A stretch of 64,000 nt of DNA from Caldisphaera sp. (GTDB lineage Archaea > Thermoproteota > Thermoprotei_A > Sulfolobales > Acidilobaceae), in contig JBMFKU010000003.1 of the NCBI GenBank assembly GCA_049971805.1, positions 21,288 through 85,287 on the forward strand, written 5' to 3'. The position numbers and the translations under genes are program-made. Positions 19,439 to 30,198 of the stretch are shown here, piece by piece. Each line of letters begins with the position of its first letter. Within the stretch, counting starts at the first letter, position 1. The notes below the pieces were generated by a model. It searched no databases and had not been told where the DNA came from. It worked only from the letters and a program-made list of their open reading frames with translations.

Positions 19439-20911
19439 TTGAATAGAGGAAGTGGTGTATTGTTGCCAATTTTTTCATTACCAGGAAACTGTGGAATAGG
19501 GGATTTTGGTAAATATGCATATCAATTTATAGATTTCTTGTATGATACAGGTCAAATGTATTGGCAAGTGTTACCAATGAATCCAATCGATCCTATTTAT
19601 GATAATTCTCCGTATAGCCCTTTATCATCATTCGCAGGAAATCCTCTTTTCATAAGCATAGAAGGTTTAATATCAGATGGGTATTTGAGCAAAAATGAAT
19701 CTTGTTATACTAATGAAGGAAATTATATCGATTATAATAATGTAAAACAATTAAAATACAATTTTTTTAGAAAAGCTTTTTCCAATTTTAGGCCTAAAAA
19801 CGATTATTATAGATTTTTAGAAGAAAATAAATATTGGATTGAGGATTTTTCATTGTTTATTTCTATAAGAGATTACTTCAATAAACCATTAATGTTATGG
19901 CCAAGAGAAGTAAAAATTAGAGAAAAAGAAAGTATAAGAGAATTAGAAAACAAACTGAAAAATGAAATAGAATTTAATAAGTTCCTTCAATATCAATTTT
20001 TTAGGCAATGGTTCAACTTAAAAAGATACGCTAATAAGAGAAAAATATCAATAATAGGAGATTTACCAATATATGTAAACCATGATAGTGGTGATGTATG
20101 GTCGCATCCTAATATATTTAAATTAGATGATAATTTAAATCCAAGATTTGTTTCAGGAGTTCCACCAGATTATTTTAGTAAATACGGTCAGCTATGGAAT
20201 ACACCGGTCTTTGATTGGAATCAATTAAGAAAAGATAATTTTTTATGGTGGATTAAAAGATACAATCATTTAATGAAAATCTTTGATTACATCAGACTTG
20301 ATCATTTTAGAGGATATTCAGCATATTGGGAAGTCCCATATGGAGAAAAGACTGCAGTAAATGGAAAGTGGATTAAAGCATATGGTTTTGAACTTTTCTT
20401 CCAACTTAAAAGGCTTAGAAGCGATTTAAGAATAATTGCAGAAGACTTGGGTTATATAACCCAAGATGTTAAAAACCTAAGAAATTACTATTCATTTCCA
20501 GGCATGAAAGTATTACAATTTGCATTTGATGGCAATCCTAAAAATGAATATAAACCGCATAACTATGATAGTACAAACTACTTTGTATATACTGCTACTC
20601 ATGATAATAATACATCGATAGGATGGTATCAGAATGAGGCAACCAAAAAAACCAAAATTGATTTTATTAAATACACGAGAATAAATAACATAAAAGAGGT
20701 AAATTGGGCATTTATTAGACTTGCTTTAGGCTCTATAGCAAAGACTTCTATAATACCAATTCAAGATATATTAGGTCTAGGCTCGAGTGCTAGAATTAAT
20801 ACACCGGGCACAACAGGTAATAATTGGAGATGGAAATTAACAAATCTTTATATTCCAAGATATGTAAAATCAAGATTATATGATTTAACAAAAATCTATG
20901 GCAGAATTTAG
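19439..20911 (+). CDS. malQ: 4-alpha-glucanotransferase (amylomaltase, GH77)
   Basis: GVLLPIFSLP, SPYS, GDLPIYV, GVPPDYFS..GQLW, RLDHFRG, IAEDLG and THDN motifs. Confidence 0.96.
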   Translation: MNRGSGVLLPIFSLPGNCGIGDFGKYAYQFIDFLYDTGQMYWQVLPMNPIDPIYDNSPYSPLSSFAGNPLFISIEGLISDGYLSKNESCYTNEGNYIDYNNVKQLKYNFFRKAFSNFRPKNDYYRFLEENKYWIEDFSLFISIRDYFNKPLMLWPREVKIREKESIRELENKLKNEIEFNKFLQYQFFRQWFNLKRYANKRKISIIGDLPIYVNHDSGDVWSHPNIFKLDDNLNPRFVSGVPPDYFSKYGQLWNTPVFDWNQLRKDNFLWWIKRYNHLMKIFDYIRLDHFRGYSAYWEVPYGEKTAVNGKWIKAYGFELFFQLKRLRSDLRIIAEDLGYITQDVKNLRNYYSFPGMKVLQFAFDGNPKNEYKPHNYDSTNYFVYTATHDNNTSIGWYQNEATKKTKIDFIKYTRINNIKEVNWAFIRLALGSIAKTSIIPIQDILGLGSSARINTPGTTGNNWRWKLTNLYIPRYVKSRLYDLTKIYGRI

Positions 20912-22536
20912 ATATTTTTCTTAAAAGCCTCTTTTGCTTCTTTGGTTTCTCTTAGCTTAAATCTTTGTATCTTCCCGCTTTCTGTTTTAGGCAAAGTATC
21001 GACAAATTCTATTTCTTCTAAGTGAACATGCTTTGAATATTTATTTCTTACAAACTCAATTAATTCCTTTTTAAGTTTCTCGCTTTGCTCATAGTTTTTC
21101 TTTAAAACAACGAATGCCTTTAATACATGCCCCCTAACAGGATCTTCAATTCCAACAACAGCAGATTCAAGCACGGCTGGATGCTCTATTAACGTACTTT
21201 CTACTTCAAATGGGCCAACCCTATAACCAGAGACCTTTACTACGTCATCTGTTCTGCCTACAAACCAAAAATAGCCATTATCATCAATCTTAGCTTCATC
21301 CCCTGTTAAATACCATTCGCCATTAAATGAGCTTTTAGTTCTATCCGGCGCATTTAAGTATCCCATAAATTGAAAACCTTCATTTCTAGAATAAACAGCT
21401 ATGATTCCTTCGTTGTTTTTATCTCCTATTACTGAAACTTGATATCCTGGTGCTGGTAATCCAGCACTACCAATCTTCAGCTCTGCATCGTAACCCCAAC
21501 CATTATAAACTACCATTCCAACCTCTGTTTGGCCATAATGATCCCTAATTGGTATTCCAAAATTTTTTTGGAACCATTTTATTACTTCTGGATTTAGTGG
21601 TTCGCCTGCTGAGCTTATCCTTTTTAGATTTAAGTTATAGTTTCTTGGATCATTAATAGTACCCATAATAAGTCTGAAAGCTGTTGGAGCAAAAGCTAGA
21701 TTAGTAACTTTTTGTTGCTCTAAAAATTGCATAAATGAAACTGGATTGAATGGAGAATCAAATACTATTGTGGCTTTATTAAATAACATGGAGCCCAACG
21801 GGCCATAGTATAGGCCATAAGCCCATCCAGAATCGGCTCCATTGAAAAATACATCATCATCCGATAACCCAATACCATATTTCATATATACATAAGTATT
21901 TAATAATAATCTCTTGTTTATCATAGCCCCTTTGGGAGATCCTGTTGTACCACTAGTATATAATAAAATAACTTGCTCATTCATACCTTGTGGAACAGAT
22001 CTATTTAGCTTTTCATAAGATGTTGCTTCATCAAAACTTATCATTTTGCCACATTTATCTGGAAATGAGATAACATTTTTTGGAGCTGTCTTCAAATCTT
22101 TAATTTTATTGCACTGATCGTTTTGAATAAACAATATTTTTGGCTTTATATCACTTGTTCTTATTTCGATGGCTTTCTGGCCAAAAGCTGTAAAAAGAGG
22201 CTGATAGATAGCTCCAAGCTTCCATGTTGCTAACATAATAATTAATTGCTCAAGCTTTTTTGATGCTAATACAGGTACTACATCTCCTTTAATAATGTCT
22301 GAGCTTTCTTTCATAAAATTTGCTAGTCTCGATGATTTATCCAAAAGCTCATTCCATGTTAGAGTTTCCTTGTTCCAGTTAGAATCTATTCTAATTCCAG
22401 CCATATTATCTTTGTTATTAGCAGATCTTTCATTTATTATATCATATATGTTTTTGCTTCTATATTCTTCCATTTTTAAGAAAGAGTAGACTTCGCTCCA
22501 AGAAAAATTTTTTCTCAACGTCTCATAATCTACCAT
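20908..22536 (-). CDS. AMP-forming acyl-CoA synthetase
   Basis: YTSGTTGSPKG, HYGQTE, GRTDDV, GPFEVES and LPKTESGKIQR motifs. Confidence 0.92.
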   Translation of the reverse strand: MVDYETLRKNFSWSEVYSFLKMEEYRSKNIYDIINERSANNKDNMAGIRIDSNWNKETLTWNELLDKSSRLANFMKESSDIIKGDVVPVLASKKLEQLIIMLATWKLGAIYQPLFTAFGQKAIEIRTSDIKPKILFIQNDQCNKIKDLKTAPKNVISFPDKCGKMISFDEATSYEKLNRSVPQGMNEQVILLYTSGTTGSPKGAMINKRLLLNTYVYMKYGIGLSDDDVFFNGADSGWAYGLYYGPLGSMLFNKATIVFDSPFNPVSFMQFLEQQKVTNLAFAPTAFRLIMGTINDPRNYNLNLKRISSAGEPLNPEVIKWFQKNFGIPIRDHYGQTEVGMVVYNGWGYDAELKIGSAGLPAPGYQVSVIGDKNNEGIIAVYSRNEGFQFMGYLNAPDRTKSSFNGEWYLTGDEAKIDDNGYFWFVGRTDDVVKVSGYRVGPFEVESTLIEHPAVLESAVVGIEDPVRGHVLKAFVVLKKNYEQSEKLKKELIEFVRNKYSKHVHLEEIEFVDTLPKTESGKIQRFKLRETKEAKEAFKKNI

Positions 22537-22681
22537 ATTCCCACCAATATAATTTAGAGCCTTAGATGAATTATAAGTTTATCTCGAGTCTAATCTATGC
22601 TATATTTTTAAATTAATTAATCTTATAATAAAGCAAAAATGCTATAAATTTTTATCCCTAACATTTAATCAGGATTAAAGG

Positions 22682-23017
22682 GTGAAGAATTTGGGAGAAA
22701 TAAAAAAGATAATACTTGATACAGCAGAATTTCATCCGTTGCATAAATCATGGATAAATTTAGCACAAACACTATCAAAAATATATAATTTAGAACTAGA
22801 AATAAAAACTGAAGATTACCTTTTTGCTATATCATATGGAGATAAAGATGATATAGGTATGGCATGGTTACCCCAATTATTTGCACAGATGTCCGATGGG
22901 AAAATCATTTTATTAATGAGTCAGTACCCGTTTGATCCATCAACTACAAAACCAAGTGATTCTATGGCTTTGGAAGAAGGAAAGAAAAAAATAGAGGAAT
23001 TGAAAAAGGATCCTTAA
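22682..23017 (+). CDS. Conserved hypothetical protein (possibly thioredoxin-like fold)
   Basis: ORF with SD GGTGA followed by TTG; EDY..YG.KDD.G.AWLPQLF looks like a conserved motif. Confidence 0.6.
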   Translation: MKNLGEIKKIILDTAEFHPLHKSWINLAQTLSKIYNLELEIKTEDYLFAISYGDKDDIGMAWLPQLFAQMSDGKIILLMSQYPFDPSTTKPSDSMALEEGKKKIEELKKDP

Positions 23018-23240
23018 TTAGGTAACCATAATAAAATTGTTTAAAATACTTGATTTTAAATTATTTTGATTATTATTGATAGTATTTTTAGAGGAAAATG
23101 TTTAAGATTGAAAATATATTTTGATTAAGAAATTATAAATATTTACAAAAAATTTCTTTGATTAACTAATAATTGTTTTTTGTTACAATTTATTTTAAAT
23201 GTTTTTATATTTGAAAAACTATTAACTTTATGGGATTAAA

Positions 23241-23669
23241 ATGAGCTCTGATGAAGAGCAAAAGGGAAAAGTATATTTGAATATTTTAATGGAAATAGGC
23301 GAAGTTCTTATAGCGATGATAATTATTGTAACAGTAATAATAGCTGCTTTCCAAACATTTTTTCAAGTTAGTCAAATGATAAAGCTGCAGCCACCTAATA
23401 AGGAAGAAATATTAAATTTAATTGATATATCAGTTATATTGCTTTTAGCATTAGATCTTCTGAGAACAGTAGTTGTGGGCATACTAGAGAAGTCTATTCC
23501 TATTAGAAGCATAATCGAAGCAGCAATGATTATCATAGTTAGAGAGATGATAGTCAATACTTTAGTTTCAAGTTCGCCACTTTCATTAATATATTTATCT
23601 ATTTCATTTTTGCTAATTACTATTGGTTGGGTTCTTACAGAGAAATTTGTTTTTCATGAAAATAAGTAA
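23241..23669 (+). CDS. PsiE-family membrane protein
   Basis: Four TM helices; LLLALDLLRTV and IEAAMIIIVRE pattern. Confidence 0.7.
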   Translation: MSSDEEQKGKVYLNILMEIGEVLIAMIIIVTVIIAAFQTFFQVSQMIKLQPPNKEEILNLIDISVILLLALDLLRTVVVGILEKSIPIRSIIEAAMIIIVREMIVNTLVSSSPLSLIYLSISFLLITIGWVLTEKFVFHENK

Positions 23670-23766
23670 TCTTTTTTAAATTAATAGTTGGTTTTAAAAA
23701 GTAAAATAATAATTTGACTATTTTTCTATTTTACACATATACTATGTTAATTAACTCTTGTTTGTT

Positions 23767-24411
23767 TCATGTTAAATAATTTTGATCCTTAGCTAATTTT
23801 CTAAGCATAGGGGAATATTTTAAAAGTTCTGGTATACTTTTAGGTATTTTTGGTAATATTAGATCTACGGTAGATATTTTTAAAATCCATAATATATTCT
23901 CAATTAATGATTCTAAGCCTGCAGGGCCATTTGATATTGATGATCTTATAGAATCCAAAAGACCAAGCACTATATCTTTATTATACATTGATAATATATT
24001 TAAAAGATTAACGGAATTAGATTTAATGTAAGATTTTTCTATTTTACCTATTAAATATACATAAAAAGTATATCCTTTATTAGTAACTTTGCATTCTTTG
24101 TTTAATAGCCTGCAACCAATGTAGTCTATTGGAATACCATTAATATGATATATTTTTTCAGTTTTAACTTCAAAACTTAGACTAAATTCTACAGCTCCAA
24201 ATTTATATAGAATAAATTTTGGTTGCTTTATTAGGTCTCTAGCAATTTTCCAATAATTTCTTTCTTGATATTCACTTAACCCTATTATTCTTAGTAGTCT
24301 AGATGTAGCAAGAGGCGGATCTCTACATCTTATTTTTTTGTCTATGCAGTTTTTTAATATTGTCTTAGCACAATCTGTTGAACTTTCTAAAAACATTTTT
24401 GAAATACGCAT
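23767..24411 (-). CDS. Hypothetical protein
   Basis: 214 aa ORF, no recognised motif. Confidence 0.55.
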   Translation of the reverse strand: MRISKMFLESSTDCAKTILKNCIDKKIRCRDPPLATSRLLRIIGLSEYQERNYWKIARDLIKQPKFILYKFGAVEFSLSFEVKTEKIYHINGIPIDYIGCRLLNKECKVTNKGYTFYVYLIGKIEKSYIKSNSVNLLNILSMYNKDIVLGLLDSIRSSISNGPAGLESLIENILWILKISTVDLILPKIPKSIPELLKYSPMLRKLAKDQNYLT

Positions 24412-24548
24412 CTTTATTTCATCAAGATATTAAAATCACAGTAGCAATTTTAAGCTTTATTAATTTAAAAAATTTAGTAGATTGCTAAGGTTTAAAATGC
24501 GCTATTATGTTTTATAGGAACTAGAAGGTTACAAAAAGGTGAAGAAAA

Positions 24549-25379
24549 ATTAACAAAAAATTTACAGAGCTACTAACTATATACATTATTGCTTCTGTAT
24601 TTCTGTATTTTTTTGCTAAGGAAGGAACCACATATGCAGATCCCTCTCTTTTAATGATGATTAGATATTTGATATCCGGTCTTATTCTTTTCTCTATATC
24701 AAAAAAATTTGTTATTAATAAAAATGTTTTATTATTATCTGTATTTACAACTGTTAGTACTCTTTTTTGGGGATATGGACTTGTCTATGTTAGCCCGGCA
24801 GTATCTGCAGTGCTAAGCTATACAATGCCTCTTTTTAGTTTAATTTTTGCCAACGCTATGTTGAAAGAAAAGGCAACTTTATTAGAAATAACAGGCTTAA
24901 TAATTGGATTTCTTGGAATTGGTATCTATGGTTATCCATTAGTTAAGGGTTTCACAAAAATAGGGGTAGTATTGACTATAATTAATGCAATATTTTGGGC
25001 TTTATTTAGCATTTACTATAGAAAATTATCTAATTATGATCCGATATCGTTAAATGCTACACAATTTTTGCTAGGTTCTTTATTTATGGGTATTGTTAGC
25101 ATATTTACTTCTTATAAAGATTTTTATTTCTATTGGAATGTAAAGCTATTAGAAAGCATTATCTATATCTCAACGATCGGTGGAGCATTTCAATTTTTGG
25201 TTTGGAATTATATGTTAAGGTTAGAAAGGGTTAATAGAGTTACTATGTTGGCTTACATAGTCCCGATTGGAACTACGATAGCTCAAGCTTTTCTATTTAA
25301 AAAAATTCCAAATATTATTGAGATATTTGGCTTATTTGTTATAATAATTGGTGTAATCATAAGTAGATATAAGAAATAA
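24549..25379 (+). CDS. EamA/DMT family transporter; start extended to ATT at 24549
   Basis: AVLSYTMPLF, LIIGFLG and LAYIVPI motifs. The first TM helix and FAKEG..YADP lie upstream of the Met at 24654. Confidence 0.85.
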   Translation: MNKKFTELLTIYIIASVFLYFFAKEGTTYADPSLLMMIRYLISGLILFSISKKFVINKNVLLLSVFTTVSTLFWGYGLVYVSPAVSAVLSYTMPLFSLIFANAMLKEKATLLEITGLIIGFLGIGIYGYPLVKGFTKIGVVLTIINAIFWALFSIYYRKLSNYDPISLNATQFLLGSLFMGIVSIFTSYKDFYFYWNVKLLESIIYISTIGGAFQFLVWNYMLRLERVNRVTMLAYIVPIGTTIAQAFLFKKIPNIIEIFGLFVIIIGVIISRYKK

Positions 25380-25619
25380 AAGCTTAGATTTGTTTAAGCT
25401 CAATTTAAATCCTTTTAAAAAGATATTTAATTTGCAATATGGTTAAAATCTTTATTCCAAAGATTTAAATAAGATTATTGCTTATGTGTTTAATAAGCTG
25501 CATATTATTATTTAATTTTATTAGTAATTACCTTAAGAGAATAATTCATAATAATATAAATAATTAGTTTCCAAAATTTATAACCTGTTTCAAACTTTTT
25601 TATCTGGGGTTGAAAAATA

Positions 25620-26969
25620 ATGTCAGAAATAACGATTGGGAATCCCAAATTACCAAAATGGAGTTCAATACATAGTCATATATCTGGGTTAGGATTAGAT
25701 GAAAATGGAAAAGCAAAACCTATAGCAGGTGGTTTGGTGGGCCAAATTGAAGCTAGGGAAGCCTGCGGCCTTATCGTAGAATTGATAAAAGAAGGAAAAT
25801 TGGGAGGTAAAGGTATATTATTTGCCGGTCCTAGCGGTACTGGTAAAACCGCTCTAGCAGTAGCCATTGCGAAAGAACTTGGAGAAGACACACCATTTGT
25901 TGCAATAAACGCAAGCGAAATAATTAGTGCGGATAATAAAACTGAAGTGATGACACAGGCTTTCAGAAGGGCAATAGGCATTAGAATGAAAGACATTAGA
26001 AAAATAATTAGTGGAGTGGTAACAGAAATAAAATATTTGAAAAAATCTTCTCCATTCTTTCCAAATCCAATATTAGGTGGGGCAAAGATAACATTAGAAA
26101 CGAAGTCTGAAAGTAGAGATGTTTCAGTAGGTCCTGAAGTGGCATCTCAATTCCAATCTTTGGGAATAAGAAAAGGTGATCTGATAATGATAGATGCAGA
26201 GACTGGAGAAGTAAGAAGGTTAGGAAGGGTTAAAGAAAAAAGCAGTCTAGGATTTGATGTTGATATTGAAAAGCAAGTTGATATGCCTGATGGAAAGATA
26301 CAAACAACAAAAGAAATAGTCAGAACTTTTACTCTTCATGATATCGATATATCTATAGCGGCACAAAGGGTTGCATTTACAATTTTTGGTTTTCTTTCTG
26401 AAGAAAGGGGAATTGATGATCAAATAAGAAGGCAAACAGATGAGATGGTTAAAAAATCAACTCAAGAAAATAAGGCTCAGCTTGTACCGGGTATATTGTT
26501 TATTGATGATGCTCATATGTTGGACATAGAGGCTTATAGTTATTTGACAAAGGCTATGGAAAGCGAATATGCTCCTATCATAATTTTAGCTACAAATAGA
26601 GGTATAACAACAATTAGGGGTACGGACGAAAAAGCTCCTCATGGAATGCCTAAAGATTTGCTTGATAGATTATTAATTGTATTAACCAAACCTTATAATC
26701 AAGAAGAAATTATGAATATAATTAAAATAAGATCTGATGAGTTAGATATACCATTAACTGATGAGGCTCTAAATCTTTTAACAAAAATAGGTGTTGAAAG
26801 AAGTTTAAGATATTCATTGCAACTTTTAGATCCTGCAAAGGTGTTTGCAACTAGAAGAAACTCTATAAAAGTAGATGCGATAGATATTGAAAATGCATCA
26901 AAATTGTTCTCAGACATAAAAGAAAGTTCTGAATTTTTGGAAAAGTATAAAGACTTAATGTTAAGATGA
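25620..26969 (+). CDS. tip49: TIP49/RuvB-like AAA+ ATPase
   Basis: HSHISGLGLD, GPSGTGKT, FIDDAHMLD, ATNRG, PHGMP.DLLDR and SLRY motifs. Confidence 0.93.
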   Translation: MSEITIGNPKLPKWSSIHSHISGLGLDENGKAKPIAGGLVGQIEAREACGLIVELIKEGKLGGKGILFAGPSGTGKTALAVAIAKELGEDTPFVAINASEIISADNKTEVMTQAFRRAIGIRMKDIRKIISGVVTEIKYLKKSSPFFPNPILGGAKITLETKSESRDVSVGPEVASQFQSLGIRKGDLIMIDAETGEVRRLGRVKEKSSLGFDVDIEKQVDMPDGKIQTTKEIVRTFTLHDIDISIAAQRVAFTIFGFLSEERGIDDQIRRQTDEMVKKSTQENKAQLVPGILFIDDAHMLDIEAYSYLTKAMESEYAPIIILATNRGITTIRGTDEKAPHGMPKDLLDRLLIVLTKPYNQEEIMNIIKIRSDELDIPLTDEALNLLTKIGVERSLRYSLQLLDPAKVFATRRNSIKVDAIDIENASKLFSDIKESSEFLEKYKDLMLR

Positions 26970-26982
26970 AATTCAAATAGTA

Positions 26983-27894
26983 TTAAATATAACCAAATCT
27001 TCTTAAAAATTCTCCCATTGATTCTATTAATCCTTTATTAAAAAATGGCTCAATTATATTTGAAACTTTAAGAAGAGGTGCACCCAAGATTTTGTTTTTT
27101 ATTAATGCTTCTCTCATCTGATTAGCAATTGAATCATTTATACCTACTCCATATATAGTATGTTTGCTCTCTTCTCTTCTTACTATATCATTTATACCTT
27201 CTAAGTTAAAGCATTGTGATGCAGCGACTATCATCATTGCTATTTTTGTTACTGGAACCCTTCTTAAATATCCTTTAATTCCTCCAGATGCTACATAATC
27301 CATAATTGTCTTATTATCTGGCAAAAACTTTACTCCATCTACTTTAATACCTTGTTCTTTAGCTTCATTTTTTAGCCATTCAACTCTTTCATAACTGCTT
27401 TCACTATTACTTTTTGCTACAATTTCTATACCATAGTCTCCTATGTAGTTTCTGTCAGGTAAATATAGTATATTTTCTGTATTAATCTCAATTTTAGCTA
27501 TTAATCCCTTTTCAAGCTCTTCAATAATTTTTTCTTGTAGCTTTGAAGTTAAACCTATAACTAATAGACTAGGAATTACAGCTATTATGCCTCTTCCTTT
27601 AGAATATGAGTCTGACATAAATAAGGCTAGATGTTCAGATCTTTCTCCATTCGGGTATTCTGCTACTCTTTCATATTCATAAATTTCATTAAAATCGAAG
27701 GAATCGAGTATTGTGTTATAAATTGGTATTTCATCAATACTAGGTTCGTGAATGCTTTTAACAACAAGCGATAAACCATTAGGTTCTCTAGCAGATCCTT
27801 CAAATTCTAAAAAATTTATTCTTTCATCTATTATTCTTGATTTTAAATATAATCTTTTTAAGGCGTTTGAGCATTCATTTATTTCATCTATCAA
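26983..27894 (-). CDS. Hypothetical protein
   Basis: 303 aa ORF with SD GGAGG, 10 bp downstream of the DUF211 gene. Confidence 0.65.
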   Translation of the reverse strand: MIDEINECSNALKRLYLKSRIIDERINFLEFEGSAREPNGLSLVVKSIHEPSIDEIPIYNTILDSFDFNEIYEYERVAEYPNGERSEHLALFMSDSYSKGRGIIAVIPSLLVIGLTSKLQEKIIEELEKGLIAKIEINTENILYLPDRNYIGDYGIEIVAKSNSESSYERVEWLKNEAKEQGIKVDGVKFLPDNKTIMDYVASGGIKGYLRRVPVTKIAMMIVAASQCFNLEGINDIVRREESKHTIYGVGINDSIANQMREALIKNKILGAPLLKVSNIIEPFFNKGLIESMGEFLRRFGYI

Positions 27895-27904
27895 TTTTAT
27901 CCTC

Positions 27905-28195
27905 CTAATCCTCTAAATTCTTTTCTTCTACTATTCTTTTCCCGCTAATAACTTGATCAATACTATGTATAACACAACCCAAATTTTCTAGCATGTCTTC
28001 TACTTTTTCAAATGGAATATCATTACCCTCTATTGTTATGTTCAAACCTGCAGTTTCAACGTCCATTTCTTCAACTGTTATGTTTACTCCTTCGATTCCA
28101 TCTATAGAGGCTATAGATTTAGCGACATCTATTATTGACGGTCCTTTAATAGGTTTCATTACATCTAGAACAATTCTTCTAAGTGGTGCACTCAA
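27905..28195 (-). CDS. DUF211 family protein
   Basis: RRIVLDVMKP, EGVNITV.EMD.ET and G.VIHSIDQV.SG motifs. Confidence 0.85.
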   Translation of the reverse strand: MSAPLRRIVLDVMKPIKGPSIIDVAKSIASIDGIEGVNITVEEMDVETAGLNITIEGNDIPFEKVEDMLENLGCVIHSIDQVISGKRIVEEKNLED

Positions 28196-28281
28196 CTTAA
28201 TCCCCTAATGATTTAATATAAAGAAGATTATTAAATTTTTTGAGAAATTATAAACAAATAAATTTTTGCAAACAGTAAAAA

Positions 28282-28938
28282 ATGGGGATAAGATTGATTC
28301 AAGGAAAAAGTGCAATGAGAAGCAGCGAAAGTATAGCAAAAAACCTTTTAGAGCAAATGGGCTTTAGGATAGTCGATTTTCATAAAAAGGTACTTATAAA
28401 TGGTATTGAAATTTCTGATGTAGATATAGTTGCTGAAAAAGATGGAAAAAAATATGCAGTTGAAGTTAAAGCTGGTACGGCTGATGTATCATCAATAAGA
28501 CAAATATATGTAAATTCTAAGTTACTTAATATGGAGCCAATTATTATATCTAGAGGATTATCAGATGAAAAGGCAGAAGAATTAGCTAAAACACTTAATG
28601 TGAATATTATGTTAGTTTCTGACCAAATATTGACTAGCTTAGATGAAATTTATGCCTCTTTTAGAGAAGCTTTAACAGATTTTTTAAATGATTTTTTAAA
28701 ATACATTTCAAAGTGTAATAGCATAGACGAGCATGAATTAAAAATCCTTTCTGATATTTCTGTTTCTGATGATATTGACATGGCAGCAAAAAATTCTGGC
28801 CTTAATTTCGATGATTTTATAAAAGAATTATCGATATTGCATAATAAGGGAGTTTTGCCTAAGGGTAGATATGAATATATTTCATTAATATCAAAACTCT
28901 TGATAATATTTTGTAACTTATCTAAAAGTAACAGATAA
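28282..28938 (+). CDS. PD-(D/E)XK restriction-endonuclease-like protein with helical C-terminal region
   Basis: E..A...L...GF, DVDIVA and AVEVK followed by IRQ. Confidence 0.72.
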   Translation: MGIRLIQGKSAMRSSESIAKNLLEQMGFRIVDFHKKVLINGIEISDVDIVAEKDGKKYAVEVKAGTADVSSIRQIYVNSKLLNMEPIIISRGLSDEKAEELAKTLNVNIMLVSDQILTSLDEIYASFREALTDFLNDFLKYISKCNSIDEHELKILSDISVSDDIDMAAKNSGLNFDDFIKELSILHNKGVLPKGRYEYISLISKLLIIFCNLSKSNR

Positions 28939-28946
28939 AAAATTTA

Positions 28947-29594
28947 TTAGTTTCTGTAAGCATAAATTCTAACTATTAATACAAATATAATAAATATTGG
29001 GATTAACAATAGCTCGTTCAATTCATAGACATTTTCTATATACCAGAATAAGGAAAAAGAAAGGAGCAAACTTGAAACAAATAATTTCATGAGAGGTACC
29101 CTAATCTTTGAAATTTTTTCCTTTAGAATATAACCTATCATAATTATCAATATAATCGCTATTATAAAACCAAGAAATGTGGAAGAAAAGCTGATTGGTA
29201 AAAGTGCTATTAAAACGATAGCTGCTTCTAACGATTCAATTAGGCCAACAGTAAATCCTGCTATAAAAAAATCCTTATGCTCGTCTTCTTGTTTAAAATT
29301 TGCTTTTTTCCTTGATCTTAACACTGTTCTATGTGTGCTTCTAGCCAATCTCAACCCAAAATATAAAAGGAGGGATGCAGCTGTAATTCTTATATAAAAT
29401 ATTGGTAATAATGCTATATATTTGCCTGCTATAAATGTAGGAATCAATATTATGATTGCTCCTAAAGCAACTGATATAAAATTTAACATTTTATGCGTGT
29501 CTAAATATAAGGCTATTCCCATTGCAGTTGCTTCGCTAAGTTCTAGCAATGTAATGCCCAATGCAGCAAATACAATTGCAATATTAAAGATCAT
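28947..29594 (-). CDS. Uncharacterised multi-pass membrane protein (COG4280-like)
   Basis: Two repeats with ExxE motifs (LLELSEA, IESLEA) in TM helices. Confidence 0.6.
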   Translation of the reverse strand: MIFNIAIVFAALGITLLELSEATAMGIALYLDTHKMLNFISVALGAIIILIPTFIAGKYIALLPIFYIRITAASLLLYFGLRLARSTHRTVLRSRKKANFKQEDEHKDFFIAGFTVGLIESLEAAIVLIALLPISFSSTFLGFIIAIILIIMIGYILKEKISKIRVPLMKLFVSSLLLSFSLFWYIENVYELNELLLIPIFIIFVLIVRIYAYRN

Positions 29595-30088
29595 TAAGCA
29601 TTTTCCTCTAATAATTTATCATCAAGCTCTATTTTTAATTTCTCAAGCTCATTTAGCACATTTTTCCTGAATTCAAGAATATAGGATTTAGGGACTAGTT
29701 TTTCAGAATTTTTTAAAACTATTTCTTCTACTATGGCATATTTTTTGTATGTTTCATTTAATTTCCTCCATTCTACCCCTTTTAATGATTCTTCTACATT
29801 TTTATCTCTAGGTAAGATATTAGCTAGCATTAATACTGCTATTATTGGATATCCAACATAGCCTCTTAATTTTGTACCATTATCATCACTGTAAACTTTA
29901 AAATGATTATTCCCTTCATTCTTTATTATAACGTTATATTTTCTATCTCCTTCGCTGCTGATAACCTTTGCAACTATTAAGTTATTTTCTGTTTTATCTA
30001 TTTTTATTCTATTATCAGCTATTGAACCAGCTGCTTCCAATATCTTGATTTTAGGCGGATCTCTTAACTCTTGCAATTTATACACCAT
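29594..30088 (-). CDS. Conserved hypothetical protein
   Basis: PPKIKILEA.G.IAD.RI, SDDNG and GY.GYP motifs; translationally coupled to the downstream gene. Confidence 0.65.
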   Translation of the reverse strand: MVYKLQELRDPPKIKILEAAGSIADNRIKIDKTENNLIVAKVISSEGDRKYNVIIKNEGNNHFKVYSDDNGTKLRGYVGYPIIAVLMLANILPRDKNVEESLKGVEWRKLNETYKKYAIVEEIVLKNSEKLVPKSYILEFRKNVLNELEKLKIELDDKLLEENA

Positions 30089-30198
30089 ATACTATGTTAA
30101 GTATTAATATATTTAATTTATAATGGTTATTTAGTTATAAGAAGAAAAGTTTATAACTGTTAATTGGATAAGCTATTATTGTTTTATGTGGCTGTAAG

